From the NCBI GenBank assembly GCA_017888105.1, contig JAGHGS010000172.1, positions 1 through 35,452 on the forward strand: a DNA stretch of 35,452 bases. Direction: 5' to 3'. This DNA is from Bacilli bacterium. GTDB lineage: Bacteria; Bacillota_I; Bacilli_A; RF39; UBA660. A model generated the notes under the pieces. The model was given only the letters and a program-made list of their open reading frames with translations, was not told the origin of the DNA and did no database searches. Made by a program: the position numbers and the translations under genes. Each line of letters starts with the position of its first letter. The first letter of the stretch is position 1. Below are positions 35,035 through 35,452 of the stretch, piece after piece.

Positions 35035-35452
35035 ATAAATACAATTCCATCATTAATAAATAGTAGGTTATTTTAAAATCATCTCGTTTTATATTCAAAA
35101 CCTCATAAAACTTATTTACATATTCCTGCCCATAGTTTCTTAAAATAGATTTTTCACATATAGCTAAATCAAACCATTTATCTGCTATACCACTCTCACC
35201 CACATCAATAAAGCCAGAAAACTTATCTTTGATGGCAAATATATTAGGCAAACTAGTATCTCCATGTGAAAAAACTAATTCTTCTGGAAAACGATTACTT
35301 TGCAAATATTGTAATAAATTTTGTACTGTTCCGAACCTTTTTCTTGTTTCTGGACTTAGAGATAAATTATTTACTAATCCTTTACTTACATTATTTTCAA
35401 TTAGAGATAACTTATATTCATTTGAAACATCAAATGGACAATTTGATATATC
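35033..35452 (-). CDS. aminoglycoside 3'-phosphotransferase-like kinase, C-terminal part (5' end outside window)
   Basis: The frame is open to the window end. ...DISNCPFDV...EELVFSHGDTSLPNIF...GFIDVGESGIADKWFDLA...YYLLMMELYL is collinear with APH(3')-III-type motifs (HGDxxxxN catalytic loop, DxGxxGxADKWxD, C-terminal YYILLDELF). Confidence 0.7.
   Translation of the reverse strand, partial: DISNCPFDVSNEYKLSLIENNVSKGLVNNLSLSPETRKRFGTVQNLLQYLQSNRFPEELVFSHGDTSLPNIFAIKDKFSGFIDVGESGIADKWFDLAICEKSILRNYGQEYVNKFYEVLNIKRDDFKITYYLLMMELYL

Noticed and set aside
1-35452. CRISPR arrays, tRNA/rRNA genes, IS elements/transposases, integrases
   Set aside because: No regularly spaced direct repeats with unique spacers, no cloverleaf-like GC-rich segments, and no DDE/tyrosine/serine recombinase motifs were noticed in any long ORF. 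The only direct repeats are short regulatory-scale ones.

Overview
Very AT-rich, low-GC Firmicutes-type (Clostridium-like) DNA, most likely from a conjugative plasmid or ICE. About 25 kb (977..25458) is one minus-strand conjugative-transfer block with many overlapping stop/start codons. It holds a relaxase with an RHH accessory protein, then establishment-type genes: an ART-like protein, a CHC2/Toprim primase, an N6-methylase-like protein lacking motif IV, and an XRE regulator. Next comes a Gram-positive T4SS core: M23 cell-wall hydrolase, VirB4-like ATPase, and VirB3/PrgI-like, VirB6-like and VirB2/TrbC-like membrane proteins, followed by an SSB. After that is an unusual surface module: a SipW signal peptidase, a TasA/camelysin-like protein and a repeat protein that share the SipW-type signal peptide, a sortase, and a 999-aa thioester-domain/CnaB adhesin. 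An ArpU-like and an RHH regulator sit at the operon head behind a palindromic operator/promoter. No T4 coupling protein is seen in the window. The right-hand 10 kb is cargo. It contains a LysR regulator, then an SPL-family radical SAM enzyme translationally coupled to a MazG-like/Nudix fusion, then a secreted-protein pair. It also has three paralogous tandem-HTH (double XRE) regulators with unknown partner genes and candidate small RNAs, and the 3' part of an aph(3')-like gene running off the window. The left edge carries a relic duplication of the relaxase 3' end. No rRNA, tRNA, CRISPR array or transposase was recognised. All family assignments come from motifs read by eye and need HMM/BLAST confirmation.
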